DNA of 61,379 bases from Pseudomonadota bacterium (lineage in GTDB: Bacteria; Pseudomonadota; Alphaproteobacteria; Paracaedibacterales; CAIOTO01), in the NCBI GenBank assembly GCA_040389165.1, contig JAZKAK010000025.1, forward strand, positions 1 through 61,379. The letters are read 5' to 3'. Positions within the stretch are counted from its first letter, which is position 1. Each line of letters starts with the position of its first letter. Positions 9,851 to 20,516 of this stretch are shown here, in pieces. The translations under genes and the position numbers were made by a program. The notes below the pieces were generated by a model. That model worked only from the letters and a program-made list of their open reading frames with translations, was not told the origin of the DNA and did not search any database.

Positions 9851-10777
9851 TCAACTATGTGATGATGACGCTCTTGTCGCGCCAATATGCAGTTGCTGTT
9901 TAGATTTTGCCAATAAAATCTGGCGTTGACGTTCATAGTTCCCAAGGATTGACTTCGCAGATAGTTTGTCATGGCAATGATGACATTGAATTCCTTCAAT
10001 GTAGTGTGGTGATAAACGTTCTTCTGGTGATAAAGGCATACGGCATCCATAGCAAGGCTTATAATCACCTGGAATCAACCCATGTCCAACGCTAACGCGT
10101 TGATCAAAAACAAAACAATCGCCTTCCCACAAGCTTTCTTCCTGAGGAATTTCTTCAAGATATTTCAGTATGCCACCTTTCAAATGGTACACTTCTTCGT
10201 ATCCTTCTAATTTCATGAAAGCGCTTGCTTTCTCGCACCGAATGCCACCTGTACAAAACATAGCTATTTTCTTAGTTTTTGGTGCGCCTAATTTTTCACG
10301 AACATAATTAGGAAATTCGACAAAAACGTCTATCTCAGGATTAACTGTATTTTTAAAAGCACCAATTTTAACTTCATAATCATTACGTGTATCAAGGACA
10401 ACAACATCTGGATCAGAGATTAAAGCATTCCAATCTTTTGGATCAACATATGTGCCAACAATTTCGTTTGGATTTGCTTCCGGCATACGCAACGTTACAA
10501 TTTCACTTTTTAGACGTACTTTTAAGCGATAAAAAGGCATTTCTTCAGCAAAAGATTCTTTATAAGTAAGTCCTGCAAATCTAGGATCACTTTTTAACGT
10601 CATTAAAAATGTATCGATCGCTTCCCGTGTGCCACCGACTGTTCCATTAATCCCTTCAGGTGCCAGCAATAAAATACCCTTCATTTTCAAGTCAGTACAC
10701 AAACGTTTAAAGTTTGAATGAACAACCTCTACATCAGGCAAATCGGTAAAATGATAAAGTGCAGCAATAACAATCAT
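9851..10777 (-). CDS. trhO: Rhodanese-domain tRNA uridine(34) hydroxylase TrhO (UPF0176)
   Basis: LLAPEGINGT, DTRNDYE, MFCTGGIRCEKA, HLKGGILKYLE, CFVFDQR. Confidence 0.9.
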   Translation of the reverse strand: MIVIAALYHFTDLPDVEVVHSNFKRLCTDLKMKGILLLAPEGINGTVGGTREAIDTFLMTLKSDPRFAGLTYKESFAEEMPFYRLKVRLKSEIVTLRMPEANPNEIVGTYVDPKDWNALISDPDVVVLDTRNDYEVKIGAFKNTVNPEIDVFVEFPNYVREKLGAPKTKKIAMFCTGGIRCEKASAFMKLEGYEEVYHLKGGILKYLEEIPQEESLWEGDCFVFDQRVSVGHGLIPGDYKPCYGCRMPLSPEERLSPHYIEGIQCHHCHDKLSAKSILGNYERQRQILLAKSKQQLHIGATRASSSHS

Positions 10778-10880
10778 GTCAAGTATTCCTTATGTTGGAA
10801 ATAAATAAATTACCGTGTCATGCTAACACAAAAGGGTGTGCTTTTCAACGTGGACTTAATCTCTTTTCTCAAAACGTATC

Positions 10881-11687
10881 TTATGAGTTCCCATCAGTAT
10901 AGCTTTGGATTATTTCCGTCAATTTCTCTTTTGCAGCTGCTTTAGCATGCATACTTGCAGGGGTATCTTGTTTTTCTTCATCTTGAATATACTGTGCAAA
11001 AGTAATAGTATGATTATCTTTTTGAATCCATCCAATAAACCAGCCACCTTGACGATCTTCATTAAGCGTTCCATCTTGATTTGGCACATAACCATTGCCT
11101 GTTTTCCCATAAAACTTCCAGCCATCCGCTAAATATTCAACAAATAAGATATTTATTGTCATCTCGTGAGACTTAATACTTACAGGCAGTTTAATATCAA
11201 TTAGCTTCTGTAAAAATTGAATTTGCTCTTCTGGCGAAATTTGTAAAGAGCTAGAAAGCCATGACTGAGTAAGGCCATTATCTTTACCTATATCACCAGA
11301 AATATCTTGGTTGCCATAACTGAATTTTGTGACATATTCGTTAAATTTGTCCATTCCAAGTTCTTGCGTCAAAAGCTGAGAGTACCAAACACAACTATTT
11401 TTCATCCAAAGACGAGGCGTATGAGCTTGCTTCCAGTTATCAAGAAAATCAACATATCCTTCTCTGAAAGGTAACTCTGGATGCGTTTCATCGACAAGCA
11501 GACCTTCGTTATAGCACATCAAACTAATCGCAATTTTGAAGGTTGAACAAGGTGCATGCCGTGCACCGCAATCCCCTTCACTCTTGATAACGTGGTTATC
11601 TTCCTTTGCCAAAAAGCAGGTTGCTTCTGCGAAGGAATACATGAAACATAATAATCCAATGCATAAAAATATAATTGTTTTTTTCAT
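10881..11687 (-). CDS. Class D (OXA-type) beta-lactamase
   Basis: Signal peptide; PCSTFK, SCVWYSQ, YGN, WLSSSLQIS, KTG and GWFIGW motifs all intact. Confidence 0.9.
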   Translation of the reverse strand: MKKTIIFLCIGLLCFMYSFAEATCFLAKEDNHVIKSEGDCGARHAPCSTFKIAISLMCYNEGLLVDETHPELPFREGYVDFLDNWKQAHTPRLWMKNSCVWYSQLLTQELGMDKFNEYVTKFSYGNQDISGDIGKDNGLTQSWLSSSLQISPEEQIQFLQKLIDIKLPVSIKSHEMTINILFVEYLADGWKFYGKTGNGYVPNQDGTLNEDRQGGWFIGWIQKDNHTITFAQYIQDEEKQDTPASMHAKAAAKEKLTEIIQSYTDGNS

Positions 11688-11883
11688 AAATAAACTCAAA
11701 AAATAAGTGTGGTTCTAAGAATCAATATTATATTGAATACTCTTATCATAATTTAACGGCTATGTCACAAAAAATTAATTTCTGATTGCGCGTTCCAAAA
11801 CGCCATTAACGTGGTATATATTAGGATAACAAATTCAACTAATTTCCCTGATTCTCAGGCACAAAATAAAAAGGTCTGCAAAC

Positions 11884-12729
11884 GTGTCATTTCCATCCAT
11901 TCGCTCCATCGTCGATAAGTACGGATTACTGCCAGATAAGAAATACACAAAAAAATATGGACAAAATTTTCTATTCGATGAAACAATTACTGCACGTATA
12001 GCCTCTTTTGCGCGATTACCTAAAGATGCTATTGTGCTTGAAGTGGGGCCAGGACCAGGTGGTTTAACACGTGCACTCTTAGATCAATCACCAGAACGTT
12101 TGATTGCAATTGAATATGATCCCTTATGTGTAAAAGCCTTATCCTATCTCAAAGATGCTTATACTAATTTGCAGATAATTGAGGGTGATGCCTTAAAAAC
12201 TGAATTAAAAAGCCTAATGATAGAAAAACAAGAAAAGCCAATCCATATTGTAGCTAATCTTCCTTATAATATAGGCACTGAATTATTGGTGCGGTGGTTG
12301 CATCAACTGCCCTGCGTCGGCTCGATGACATTGATGTTTCAAAAAGAAGTTGCACAGCGAATAAGCTCAAACCCAGGGTCAAAAGAATATGGACGTCTTT
12401 CAATCATTGCACAAATTCTATGCACCGTAGAGCACGGATTTGATCTCCCGCCCCATGTATTTACCCCTGCGCCAAAGATTGAATCAAGCGTTATTCACTT
12501 GCAACCAAAGTCAAATGCACATGAATACCTTCCCTTACTCACAACACTCGAACAAATCACGCAAGCTGTTTTTCATCAACGCAGAAAGCAAATTAAAGGC
12601 CCTTTAAAAGCCATCTTCGGAGACGATACATTGACCGCACTTGAAAAGGTTGGCGCTACTGGTGATCAACGAGCAGAAAATTTAACACCAGATCAATATA
12701 TCCAATTAGCAGCACTTAAGCATGGATGA
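11884..12729 (+). CDS. rsmA: 16S rRNA dimethyladenosine transferase
   Basis: GQNFL, EVGPGPGGLT, VANLPYNI, MFQKEVA, FTPAPKIES. Confidence 0.95.
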   Translation: MSFPSIRSIVDKYGLLPDKKYTKKYGQNFLFDETITARIASFARLPKDAIVLEVGPGPGGLTRALLDQSPERLIAIEYDPLCVKALSYLKDAYTNLQIIEGDALKTELKSLMIEKQEKPIHIVANLPYNIGTELLVRWLHQLPCVGSMTLMFQKEVAQRISSNPGSKEYGRLSIIAQILCTVEHGFDLPPHVFTPAPKIESSVIHLQPKSNAHEYLPLLTTLEQITQAVFHQRRKQIKGPLKAIFGDDTLTALEKVGATGDQRAENLTPDQYIQLAALKHG

Positions 12730-13564
12730 TTTTTTCAAGCCATGGTTACTTAGCCTTGATGTTATCGCAAAGGAATCAGGCACATCCCCTTCCCGCCTTA
12801 TTAACTGGCTACTAAAAGGCCTTGGTATTGAAATTGATATTAGGTTTTTAGATATTAAAATACTGACGTTTGACCAGCAACAGAATGTTGAATCAGGACT
12901 TGCACGCCTGCTGGCACACGAACCCCTCTCCAAAATTCTAGAAGAGCAAGAATTTTATGGACGCAAATTCAAAACAACACATGACACCCTAGACCCCAGG
13001 ACTGACAGTGAAACACTGATTGATGCAATGTTAGCTTATTTTTCAGTTGCTGATGCGCCTTCCTTACTTGATTTAGGCACAGGAACAGGTTGCCTGTTAA
13101 TCACATTGCTTTTGGAACGACCACATGCAACAGGGCTTGCTGTTGATATTTGCCCAAAGGCACTGGCTGTCGCTAAAGAAAACGCAGTACGTCACGGCGT
13201 GTCTGATCGCATGCAATTCTTACAGAGTGATTGGTGCGCAGCCGTTGACGGAGTATTTGGTGGAATAATTTCGAACCCACCCTATATTATCGATAGTTAC
13301 CCACTTGATCTATCCGTAGCACTTTATGATCCTGAACGAGCGCTATTTGCAGGCACAGATGGTTTAGATGCTTACCGAACATTATTTGCTCAATTACCCA
13401 GGTTATGTACGCCAGCAACAAAAATCGTCTTTGAAATTGGCTTTGATCAATCTGAATCAGTACCTGCTTTGGCGTATAAAAAAGACTATTTCTTACTTAC
13501 TGCACATCAAGACAAAGCAGGTATAACACGTGCGCTCGTTTTTGAACGGAGCAATGATAGATAA
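12722..13564 (+). CDS. prmC: Release factor glutamine methyltransferase
   Basis: LDPRTDSETL, LDLGTGTGC, SNPPYI, ALFAGTDGLDAY, FEIG; overlaps the rsmA stop. Confidence 0.92.
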   Translation: MDDFFKPWLLSLDVIAKESGTSPSRLINWLLKGLGIEIDIRFLDIKILTFDQQQNVESGLARLLAHEPLSKILEEQEFYGRKFKTTHDTLDPRTDSETLIDAMLAYFSVADAPSLLDLGTGTGCLLITLLLERPHATGLAVDICPKALAVAKENAVRHGVSDRMQFLQSDWCAAVDGVFGGIISNPPYIIDSYPLDLSVALYDPERALFAGTDGLDAYRTLFAQLPRLCTPATKIVFEIGFDQSESVPALAYKKDYFLLTAHQDKAGITRALVFERSNDR

Positions 13565-13735
13565 AATTTATCAATTCCGTTGCGACAAACAAAATATTTC
13601 AACTTGTTTGTAAAATATTTTTGGACATAACATCACAAAATATAAATATCACCTAACTTTTGATGATTGAAGTGGCTTCTATTCATATACGAATCAAAAC
13701 CACTTCACGTTGAACGTACGGTAGAATTGTGCACA

Positions 13736-15763
13736 ATGAAACAATATCTTTTATCATCATCTAAAAAATTTATTCATTCGAAGCCTGCTTTTTTCGAGCA
13801 AGCCAACAACATAATTCCCAAAAACCATCAATCAGAAGCTGAGGCCTCACTTGAGTCTCAATTTGGTTTTTTTGAATGGAATATAAAAGAAGATAAAATT
13901 AAAATATGTCCATATTTATCACAAATTTTAGCATTTAAAACTACCAATAGTAGACAAAGTTATACTGCTTGGAAGAGCATAACCCACCCTGATGACGCTC
14001 TCCAACTTAAGTTGGCATTGGATGAGATTAACCTAAAAAAAACTTCATATATTATTACTGAAAGTCGGAAATTATGCCGCGATGGAAAATGGCGATGGTT
14101 TGCAGTAAGAGGAAAATTTATTGACTTTGATAGTGAAGGTGACCCCGTACGTTCCGTTGGAACATGTACAGATATTACTGAACTTAAAGAAGCGGGATTA
14201 ACGCTGCAACAAATGAAGCATTTATTTTCTGAGATAAAGCGAATAAAAGAATGCCATCAATCTGGTCTTTCCATTTACAAATTGTGTTCTGAGATATTAA
14301 ATTCCTTTGAAAGACTTACTAATTCTACTAAATCTATGTTAATTTTTTCGTCTACAAGTAATTTAAACCTAATGAAACATACTCTTATTAAGAGCAATGA
14401 TCCCTCTCTCTATAATTTCAGTAGTGAAGAGGCAAGTACCTTAATATCAAATCCTGAAAAACTTGAATTTATACATAAAATGCTGAATATTAGAACCAAT
14501 TATATTCAAAATGGTGATAAAATATCATTGTTAGGTATTCATCTCAATTTTCCATTTCAACAACAAGGAATTATTATTATTGAAAGGGCCGAATCTTTTG
14601 ATGAGGCGCTATTAGATTTTTTAGAACCTCTCATTGGAACAGTGAACAACATCATTAGTATTAAAAAAATGCAAGAAAATAGCAGCGAATTAGACAATAT
14701 ACTTTCGTTCTTTATTCAACAAGTACCCGCCCCAGTAGCGATGTTTGATACTAATATGTGTTACAAATTTGCAAGTAATGCATGGAGAAAAGAATTTAGA
14801 TTTTCCGAAACAAGTCCCAATATTATTGGAAAATCCCACTACGAAATTAATCCGAGGCAACCAAAAGAGTGGCGTGAGCATCATCAGCGTGCTTTGAAAG
14901 GTGAAACTTTAATGTTTGATGCAGTAGAAATCGTCGATTACCTTGATGAACCTTTCTGGGCAGAGGGTTCTGTTCACCCCTGGTATACATTAAGTGAAGA
15001 TATTGGTGGTGTTATTATTTATTCAAACATTGCTACCGAACGAAAACAAATAGAAAAGAATCTTGATATTACAGTTGAAAATCTGACGCGCTCAAATCAA
15101 TCACTTGAACTATTTGCTCATATTTGCTCTCATGATTTAAAAGAACCACTACGTAGTATATCAAATTTTACTCAATTGTTGTTTAATATAAACTCAGATC
15201 AGTTTAATGAAGAATCATTATTATATGTTAGATATATTGTGAAAGGGATTGAACGTATGAATTCCCTTATCAAAGATATTCTAGTATATTCTAAAGCAGC
15301 AAGCAAAACACAGCCTGAACGCCTTTCATTAGACCTGAATGATATTATCAACGAAATCAAAGAAACGCTAGACTATAGCATTAAGGAAGTAGATGCTTGT
15401 TTTAAGGTTGCCTACTTACCTGCAATTTTCGGTTCACCAACACAGATTAAACAACTTTTTCTAAATCTAATCAGTAATTCGTTGAAATTTCATTCTGACA
15501 AACCACTTATAATTGAGCTGTTCGCTGTAGAAAAAACCTCTTTTTGGGAAATTCATATACGCGATAATGGAATAGGAATTGATGAAGAATATAGAGAAGA
15601 CATATTCACCATATTCAAGAGGCTTCATAGTAAAAATCAATATGAAGGTTCTGGCATCGGCCTCTCTACATGTCAAAAAATTGTACATGAACACCTTGGT
15701 GAAATTCATGTTAAATCAATTCCCGAAGGTGGAAGCGAGTTTATATTCACCTTGCCAAAGTGA
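13736..15763 (+). CDS. Cytoplasmic multi-PAS sensor histidine kinase
   Basis: PAS segments (HPDD, DGKWRW, GTCTDITE; APVAMFD), H-box SHDLKEPLR, N-box NLISNSLKF, DNGIGI, GSGIGL. No TM segment. Start taken at ATG 13736. Confidence 0.9.
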   Translation: MKQYLLSSSKKFIHSKPAFFEQANNIIPKNHQSEAEASLESQFGFFEWNIKEDKIKICPYLSQILAFKTTNSRQSYTAWKSITHPDDALQLKLALDEINLKKTSYIITESRKLCRDGKWRWFAVRGKFIDFDSEGDPVRSVGTCTDITELKEAGLTLQQMKHLFSEIKRIKECHQSGLSIYKLCSEILNSFERLTNSTKSMLIFSSTSNLNLMKHTLIKSNDPSLYNFSSEEASTLISNPEKLEFIHKMLNIRTNYIQNGDKISLLGIHLNFPFQQQGIIIIERAESFDEALLDFLEPLIGTVNNIISIKKMQENSSELDNILSFFIQQVPAPVAMFDTNMCYKFASNAWRKEFRFSETSPNIIGKSHYEINPRQPKEWREHHQRALKGETLMFDAVEIVDYLDEPFWAEGSVHPWYTLSEDIGGVIIYSNIATERKQIEKNLDITVENLTRSNQSLELFAHICSHDLKEPLRSISNFTQLLFNINSDQFNEESLLYVRYIVKGIERMNSLIKDILVYSKAASKTQPERLSLDLNDIINEIKETLDYSIKEVDACFKVAYLPAIFGSPTQIKQLFLNLISNSLKFHSDKPLIIELFAVEKTSFWEIHIRDNGIGIDEEYREDIFTIFKRLHSKNQYEGSGIGLSTCQKIVHEHLGEIHVKSIPEGGSEFIFTLPK

Positions 15764-15863
15764 ATACGTACATAATGCAGGTAATTACAACGTACGCTTG
15801 TAGAATTTTTTGCTTATAAAATCCAATTATATTATTACCATAATTTACAGATATCAGCCAGCA

Positions 15864-16026
15864 CATGCTACCCGTCACTTTTTGTCACTCCACCCTTGTC
15901 ATTCCCGCGGAGGCGGGAATCCAGAAAAGCCCCTTTAAAAACCGTGAGTTTGGGGAGAGCTAAACAGCCTGGATCCCCGCCTCCGCGGGAATGACAGTAA
16001 GAAAAATAAAAGTGACGGGTAGCATG
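15864..16026. mobile_element. 163-bp non-autonomous element (MITE) with 19-bp TIRs and 9-bp target site duplication
   Basis: CATGCTACCCGTCACTTTT (15864-15882) and its exact reverse complement (16008-16026), flanked by CAGCCAGCA at 15855-15863 and 16027-16035. Confidence 0.88.
15897..15996. repeat. GTCATTCCCGC-type REP/RPE-like palindrome nested inside the MITE
   Basis: TGTCATTCCCGCGGAGGCGGGAATCCAG (15897-15924) and CTGGATCCCCGCCTCCGCGGGAATGACA (15969-15996): 28-bp arms, one mismatch. Confidence 0.88.
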
Positions 16027-16067
16027 CAGCCAGCATTGGCGCTTTAAATGTACTTAATCAAATCATG

Positions 16068-16116
16068 TAAACAACATCGCTGAATTTATATGAAATCAAT
16101 CCAATGATGTTGTTTA
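16068..16116 (-). terminator. Inverted repeat just downstream of nrdJ (possible terminator)
   Basis: TAAACAACATC ... GATGTTGTTTA 11-bp arms; large loop and no clear U-tract. Confidence 0.3.
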
Positions 16117-16128
16117 ATGTAAAACAGA

Positions 16129-19100
16129 TCAACTACAGCCGTTCGTTGCGCCGCATGTATTACATTTTAAACAGGTGCCATTTCGAACCATTGTGAAATT
16201 CCCACACTCAGAACATGCATCTCCCTGGTATCCCTGAAGACGTGCTTCAGCAGATTTATCAGCAACGACGGAAAGACGTTGTTGCTTAGATACTGATCTT
16301 CCAGCTTGCAGGGCAAATGAATCCGTACCAGTCGCACGTAAAAGTTCTTCGGATTCGTCTTCATCGATAGCTATTGTTTCTTTTGTCGAAACACTCTCGC
16401 TTGTTTTCATTGAAGTCACCGTTATCTTTTTTACGTGTGCCACGTCATGTTCGTGTTCATTTAATACTGAATAATCACTCGTCTCGCCAATGGTATCATT
16501 TGACATCGTCGGCTTAACATGCGCTAAATCATGCCGTCCAAGATACGTTATAGCTAACTCACGGAAGATATAATCTAAGATAGATGTCGCCATTTTAATG
16601 GTGTCATTACCTTCAACCATTCCCGATGGTTCAAATCGAGTAAATGTGAACGCTTCTACGAATTCTTCTAACGGCACGCCATATTGTAAGCCGATTGAAA
16701 TTGCCATAGCAAAGTTATGCATCAGTGATCTAAACGATGCACCTTCTTTGTGCATATCGATGAAGATCTCACCAAGATTTCCGTCGAAATAATCGCCTGT
16801 ACGGAGATAAATTTTATGTCCACCAACGGCTGCTTTTTGTGTGTATCCACCACGGCGATTAGGTAACTTACGACGATTTGATTGATAAATTACTTTTTCA
16901 ACTATTTTCTCGATAATCTTCTCGGCAACAATAGTTGCCTTGGCCGTCGAGGGAAGCGTTGAAATATCTTCAATTTCATTCTCGTCAAAAGCAACAGCAT
17001 TCATCGGCTGTGATAATTTAGATCCATCACGATATAATGCATTGGCTTTCAAACACAAGCGCCATGACATAAAGTACGCTTCTTTGCACTGTTCAACGGT
17101 CGCATTGTTTGGCATGTTAATTGTTTTTGAAATAGCACCCGAAACAAATGGCTGCACAGCACTCATCATGGTGATATGGCTTTCAAAAGATAAGAAGCGT
17201 TTACCAATACGGCCACATGGCGATGCGCAATCAAAGACTGGTAAATGCTCTTCCTTCAAAAGAGGTGCCCCTTCGAGCGTCATCGTGCCACAACAATAAT
17301 TGTTAGCAGCATCAATGTCAGCTTTTGTGAAACCAAGGAATGTTAAGACGTCAAAACTTACGTCGTTAAGTTGATCATCCGAAATACCAAGCACTTTATG
17401 ACAGAAATCTTCACCAAGCGTCCACTTATTAAATGCAAATTTAATATCAAAAGCTGATGATAAAGATGTGGCTAACTTTGCAAGAACATCATCCGTGAAA
17501 CCTTTTTCTTTTAGCTGTGCAAAACTAATAGCAGGTGAATGTTCTAACGTACCGTATCCAACTGCATATCGTGTCATAGCCTCAATTTGAGTAGCATCAT
17601 AACCTAGCTTTTTGAGTGCGCCTGGTACCATCTGATTTATGATTTTAAAATATCCACCACCAGCAAGTTTTTTGAATTTCACCAAGGCAAAGTCAGGCTC
17701 GATACCTGTTGTATCACAATCCATAACAAGACCAATTGTCCCTGTTGGCGCTATAACAGTTGTTTGCGCATTGCGATATCCATACTTCTCACCAAGTTTA
17801 AGTGCTGAATCCCACACAGTACGTGCAGATTGAATAAGCTCTTTAATTGAACATTCTTTTTCACGTAATGGAACCGGGTTGATTGTTAGTCCCTCATACC
17901 CTTTTGATTCTCCATAGGCAGCACGTTTGTGGTTGCGTATGACGCGCAGCATATCGTCACGGTTTTTGGCATAACCTGAGAAAGCACCCAATTCTTTAGC
18001 CATTTCGGCGGAAGTCGAATAAGCTTTTCCTGTTAATATTGCTGCGAGCGCACCAGCAACAGCCCTGCCCTCTGTACTATCATAAGGCACACCCATAGCC
18101 ATCAACAAACCGCCAATATTTGCGTAGCCAAGTCCAAGGGTTCTGTATTCATACGATAGTTGAGCAATTTCTTTTGATGGAAATTGAGCCATAAGCACGG
18201 CAATTTCTAAAACAATTGTCCATAATGAAATTGTATGTTCATAAAGTTCTGTATTGAATTTTCCATCTTTATAAAATTGAACCAAATTGATTGATGCTAA
18301 ATTACATGCTGTATTATCCAAGAACATATATTCAGAACATGGATTAGATGCATTAATTGGACCGCTTTTAGGGCAAGTATGCCATTCATTTATCGTGCCT
18401 GAAAAATGAACCCCTGGGTCTGCGCATGCCCAAGCTGCATAGCTTATTTTGTTCATTAAATCAGCTGCTTTTAAGGTCCTGATTGTTTTTCCGGTTTTAC
18501 GGCCTGTCAGGTTCCAATCACCATCTTGTAATACTGTATTGATGAATTCATTTGATAAACGGACTGTATTATTTGAATTTTGCCCTGAAACGGTAGCATA
18601 TGCTTCTGAATCCCAATCTGTTGTGTAAACAGGTATATCAAGGTGCGTATAGCCTAAATCAGCCAAGTGCATCGTACGGCGAATAAGATTTTCTTGTACC
18701 ATGGCATCGCGCGCTGCACGAATCGCTGTTTTTAAAGCCATGTTGTGTTTAGGATCCGTCTTCTGCTCTTTAGGTAAGTCAGCATTAATACATGCATTTA
18801 AGACTTCGTTAAGGTATTTATTATTAATTTTAGAGCCAGAAACGAGAGCAGCAACTTTTTGTTCTTCAACAACTTTCCAATTGATGAATTCTTCAACATC
18901 CGGGTGATCAATATCAAGCACGACCATTTTAGCCGCACGACGTGTTGTCCCGCCGGACTTAATCGCACCAGCTGAGCGGTCACCAATACGTAAAAAGCTC
19001 ATAAGACCAGAAGATTTTCCGCCGCCAGACAATGATTCACCAGATCCACGTACATTTGAGAAATTCGTACCCGTGCCAGAACCATATTTGAATAGACGCG

Positions 19101-19740
19101 CTTCGCGTACCCACAAGTCCATAATGCCGCCTTCATTCACGAGATCATCACCAATGCCTTGAATAAAACATGCATGTGGTTGTGGTCGTTCATAACTAGA
19201 AGTCGATGCAGCTAATACACCCGTTTCGCCATCAACATAATAGTGGCCTTGTGCTGGACCGTTAACACCATATGCCCAATAGAGACCTGTATTAAACCAT
19301 TGTGGAGAATTAGGTGCGCACATTTGGCTTGCTAACATAAAACGAAGTTCGTCATAAAACGCGAGAGCATCTGCTTCTGTATCAAAATAACGATTTTTCC
19401 AGCCCCAATACGTCCATGTGCCGGCCAAACGATCAAACACTTGCTGCGACGAGAGTTCGCTTGCGAATGTTGTGCCTTTTTTTGCTTCGCGGCGCCATAG
19501 CCACGATGGCACGCCTTTTTCTTCTACGGCAACAACTTCAGCCGGAACGCCCGCTTTACGGAAATATTTTTGCGCCAAAACATCACACGCTACTTGTGAC
19601 CATGCCTCTGGTACATTAATATTTTCAAGCCTAAATACGATTGATCCATCAGGATTCTTAATTTCACTCGTCGCCGCGCGAAAAGCAATAGATGCATAGG
19701 GAGATTGTCCTGCTGTGGTGCAACGACGTTGAATTTTCAT
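16129..19740 (-). CDS. nrdJ: Class II adenosylcobalamin-dependent ribonucleotide reductase
   Basis: [27 protein letters not shown] thiyl cysteine, [19 protein letters not shown]-terminal CxxC...CxxC. Length typical of alphaproteobacterial NrdJ. Confidence 0.97.
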   Translation of the reverse strand: MKIQRRCTTAGQSPYASIAFRAATSEIKNPDGSIVFRLENINVPEAWSQVACDVLAQKYFRKAGVPAEVVAVEEKGVPSWLWRREAKKGTTFASELSSQQVFDRLAGTWTYWGWKNRYFDTEADALAFYDELRFMLASQMCAPNSPQWFNTGLYWAYGVNGPAQGHYYVDGETGVLAASTSSYERPQPHACFIQGIGDDLVNEGGIMDLWVREARLFKYGSGTGTNFSNVRGSGESLSGGGKSSGLMSFLRIGDRSAGAIKSGGTTRRAAKMVVLDIDHPDVEEFINWKVVEEQKVAALVSGSKINNKYLNEVLNACINADLPKEQKTDPKHNMALKTAIRAARDAMVQENLIRRTMHLADLGYTHLDIPVYTTDWDSEAYATVSGQNSNNTVRLSNEFINTVLQDGDWNLTGRKTGKTIRTLKAADLMNKISYAAWACADPGVHFSGTINEWHTCPKSGPINASNPCSEYMFLDNTACNLASINLVQFYKDGKFNTELYEHTISLWTIVLEIAVLMAQFPSKEIAQLSYEYRTLGLGYANIGGLLMAMGVPYDSTEGRAVAGALAAILTGKAYSTSAEMAKELGAFSGYAKNRDDMLRVIRNHKRAAYGESKGYEGLTINPVPLREKECSIKELIQSARTVWDSALKLGEKYGYRNAQTTVIAPTGTIGLVMDCDTTGIEPDFALVKFKKLAGGGYFKIINQMVPGALKKLGYDATQIEAMTRYAVGYGTLEHSPAISFAQLKEKGFTDDVLAKLATSLSSAFDIKFAFNKWTLGEDFCHKVLGISDDQLNDVSFDVLTFLGFTKADIDAANNYCCGTMTLEGAPLLKEEHLPVFDCASPCGRIGKRFLSFESHITMMSAVQPFVSGAISKTINMPNNATVEQCKEAYFMSWRLCLKANALYRDGSKLSQPMNAVAFDENEIEDISTLPSTAKATIVAEKIIEKIVEKVIYQSNRRKLPNRRGGYTQKAAVGGHKIYLRTGDYFDGNLGEIFIDMHKEGASFRSLMHNFAMAISIGLQYGVPLEEFVEAFTFTRFEPSGMVEGNDTIKMATSILDYIFRELAITYLGRHDLAHVKPTMSNDTIGETSDYSVLNEHEHDVAHVKKITVTSMKTSESVSTKETIAIDEDESEELLRATGTDSFALQAGRSVSKQQRLSVVADKSAEARLQGYQGDACSECGNFTMVRNGTCLKCNTCGATNGCS

Positions 19741-19805
19741 GGCGCGCATTTCCTTATTTGTTTGTTTTAATTAACAATTTGATTTATCAGCAATTTTCCA
19801 AAAAA

Positions 19806-19853
19806 ACACAATATGTAGAGTCTGGAGACGTTGACACAATCAATATATTGTTA
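19806..19853. promoter_or_regulatory. Tandem NrdR boxes upstream of nrdJ
   Basis: ACACAATATGTAGAGT (19806-19821) and AATCAATATATTGTTA (19838-19853) fit acaCwAtATaTwGtgt and are 32 bp apart; nrdR is in the window. Confidence 0.8.
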
Positions 19854-20173
19854 ATATGGGTCTTTAAAAAGATAAATACAAGGCTTGAAAATAAAAAAAA
19901 AGGGTGATAAAGAGAAAAAATTTCGCTCCCCTTTCAGTAGCAGTAGCAACTAACTTCTTGTCTTTATTCCCTACAGAAATCTCTTAAAGATAGTAATCCT
20001 ATAAGATCAATTTGATATTTAACGTTTGCTGAATTTGAATGTTTAATAAAAATATATTCAAATCATTAAAAACAGTAGAGTTAAATAAAAAAATAACAGT
20101 GTTAACCAAATGGTAATAATTTATATGTAACAATCTTTATAAACACACTGCAATTCCTTCAAGGGAACGTGAA

Positions 20174-20506
20174 ATGATTTATAAAATAATAGCAACAGGT
20201 CGAAAGGCGGAGATTGAATTCAAAGGACGACTTACTTATTCAGATTACAGTCAATTCAGACAGATTACAGACGTAATTGGTGAGTCACCAAATCAAGTGT
20301 GTATTTTCGACTTATCTAAACTAGATTTTATAGATTCGGCAGGACTTGGCATGTTGCTTTTGGCACGCGATAAGATTCAGGAATGTCGGGGCACAATCAC
20401 CTTGCTTAACGTAACTGGACAGGTCAAAAAAATGATTGAGTTAGGACGGTTTGATGCACTTTTTACAATAGAGAACAGAGATACAACACATACAAATAAT
20501 ATTTAA
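20174..20506 (+). CDS. STAS-domain anti-sigma factor antagonist
   Basis: DLSKLDFIDSAGLGMLL with the conserved phospho-acceptor Ser; 110 aa. Confidence 0.9.
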   Translation: MIYKIIATGRKAEIEFKGRLTYSDYSQFRQITDVIGESPNQVCIFDLSKLDFIDSAGLGMLLLARDKIQECRGTITLLNVTGQVKKMIELGRFDALFTIENRDTTHTNNI

Positions 20507-20516
20507 GGAGAATATA

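Noticed and set aside
16167-19699. Many short antisense or alternate-frame ORFs within nrdJ and other long genes
   Set aside because: Shadow ORFs of conserved genes with no independent motifs.
16129-19740. Intein or intron in the 1200-aa NrdJ
   Set aside because: Length and layout match ordinary alphaproteobacterial NrdJ; I saw no intein-like insertion or homing-endonuclease motif.
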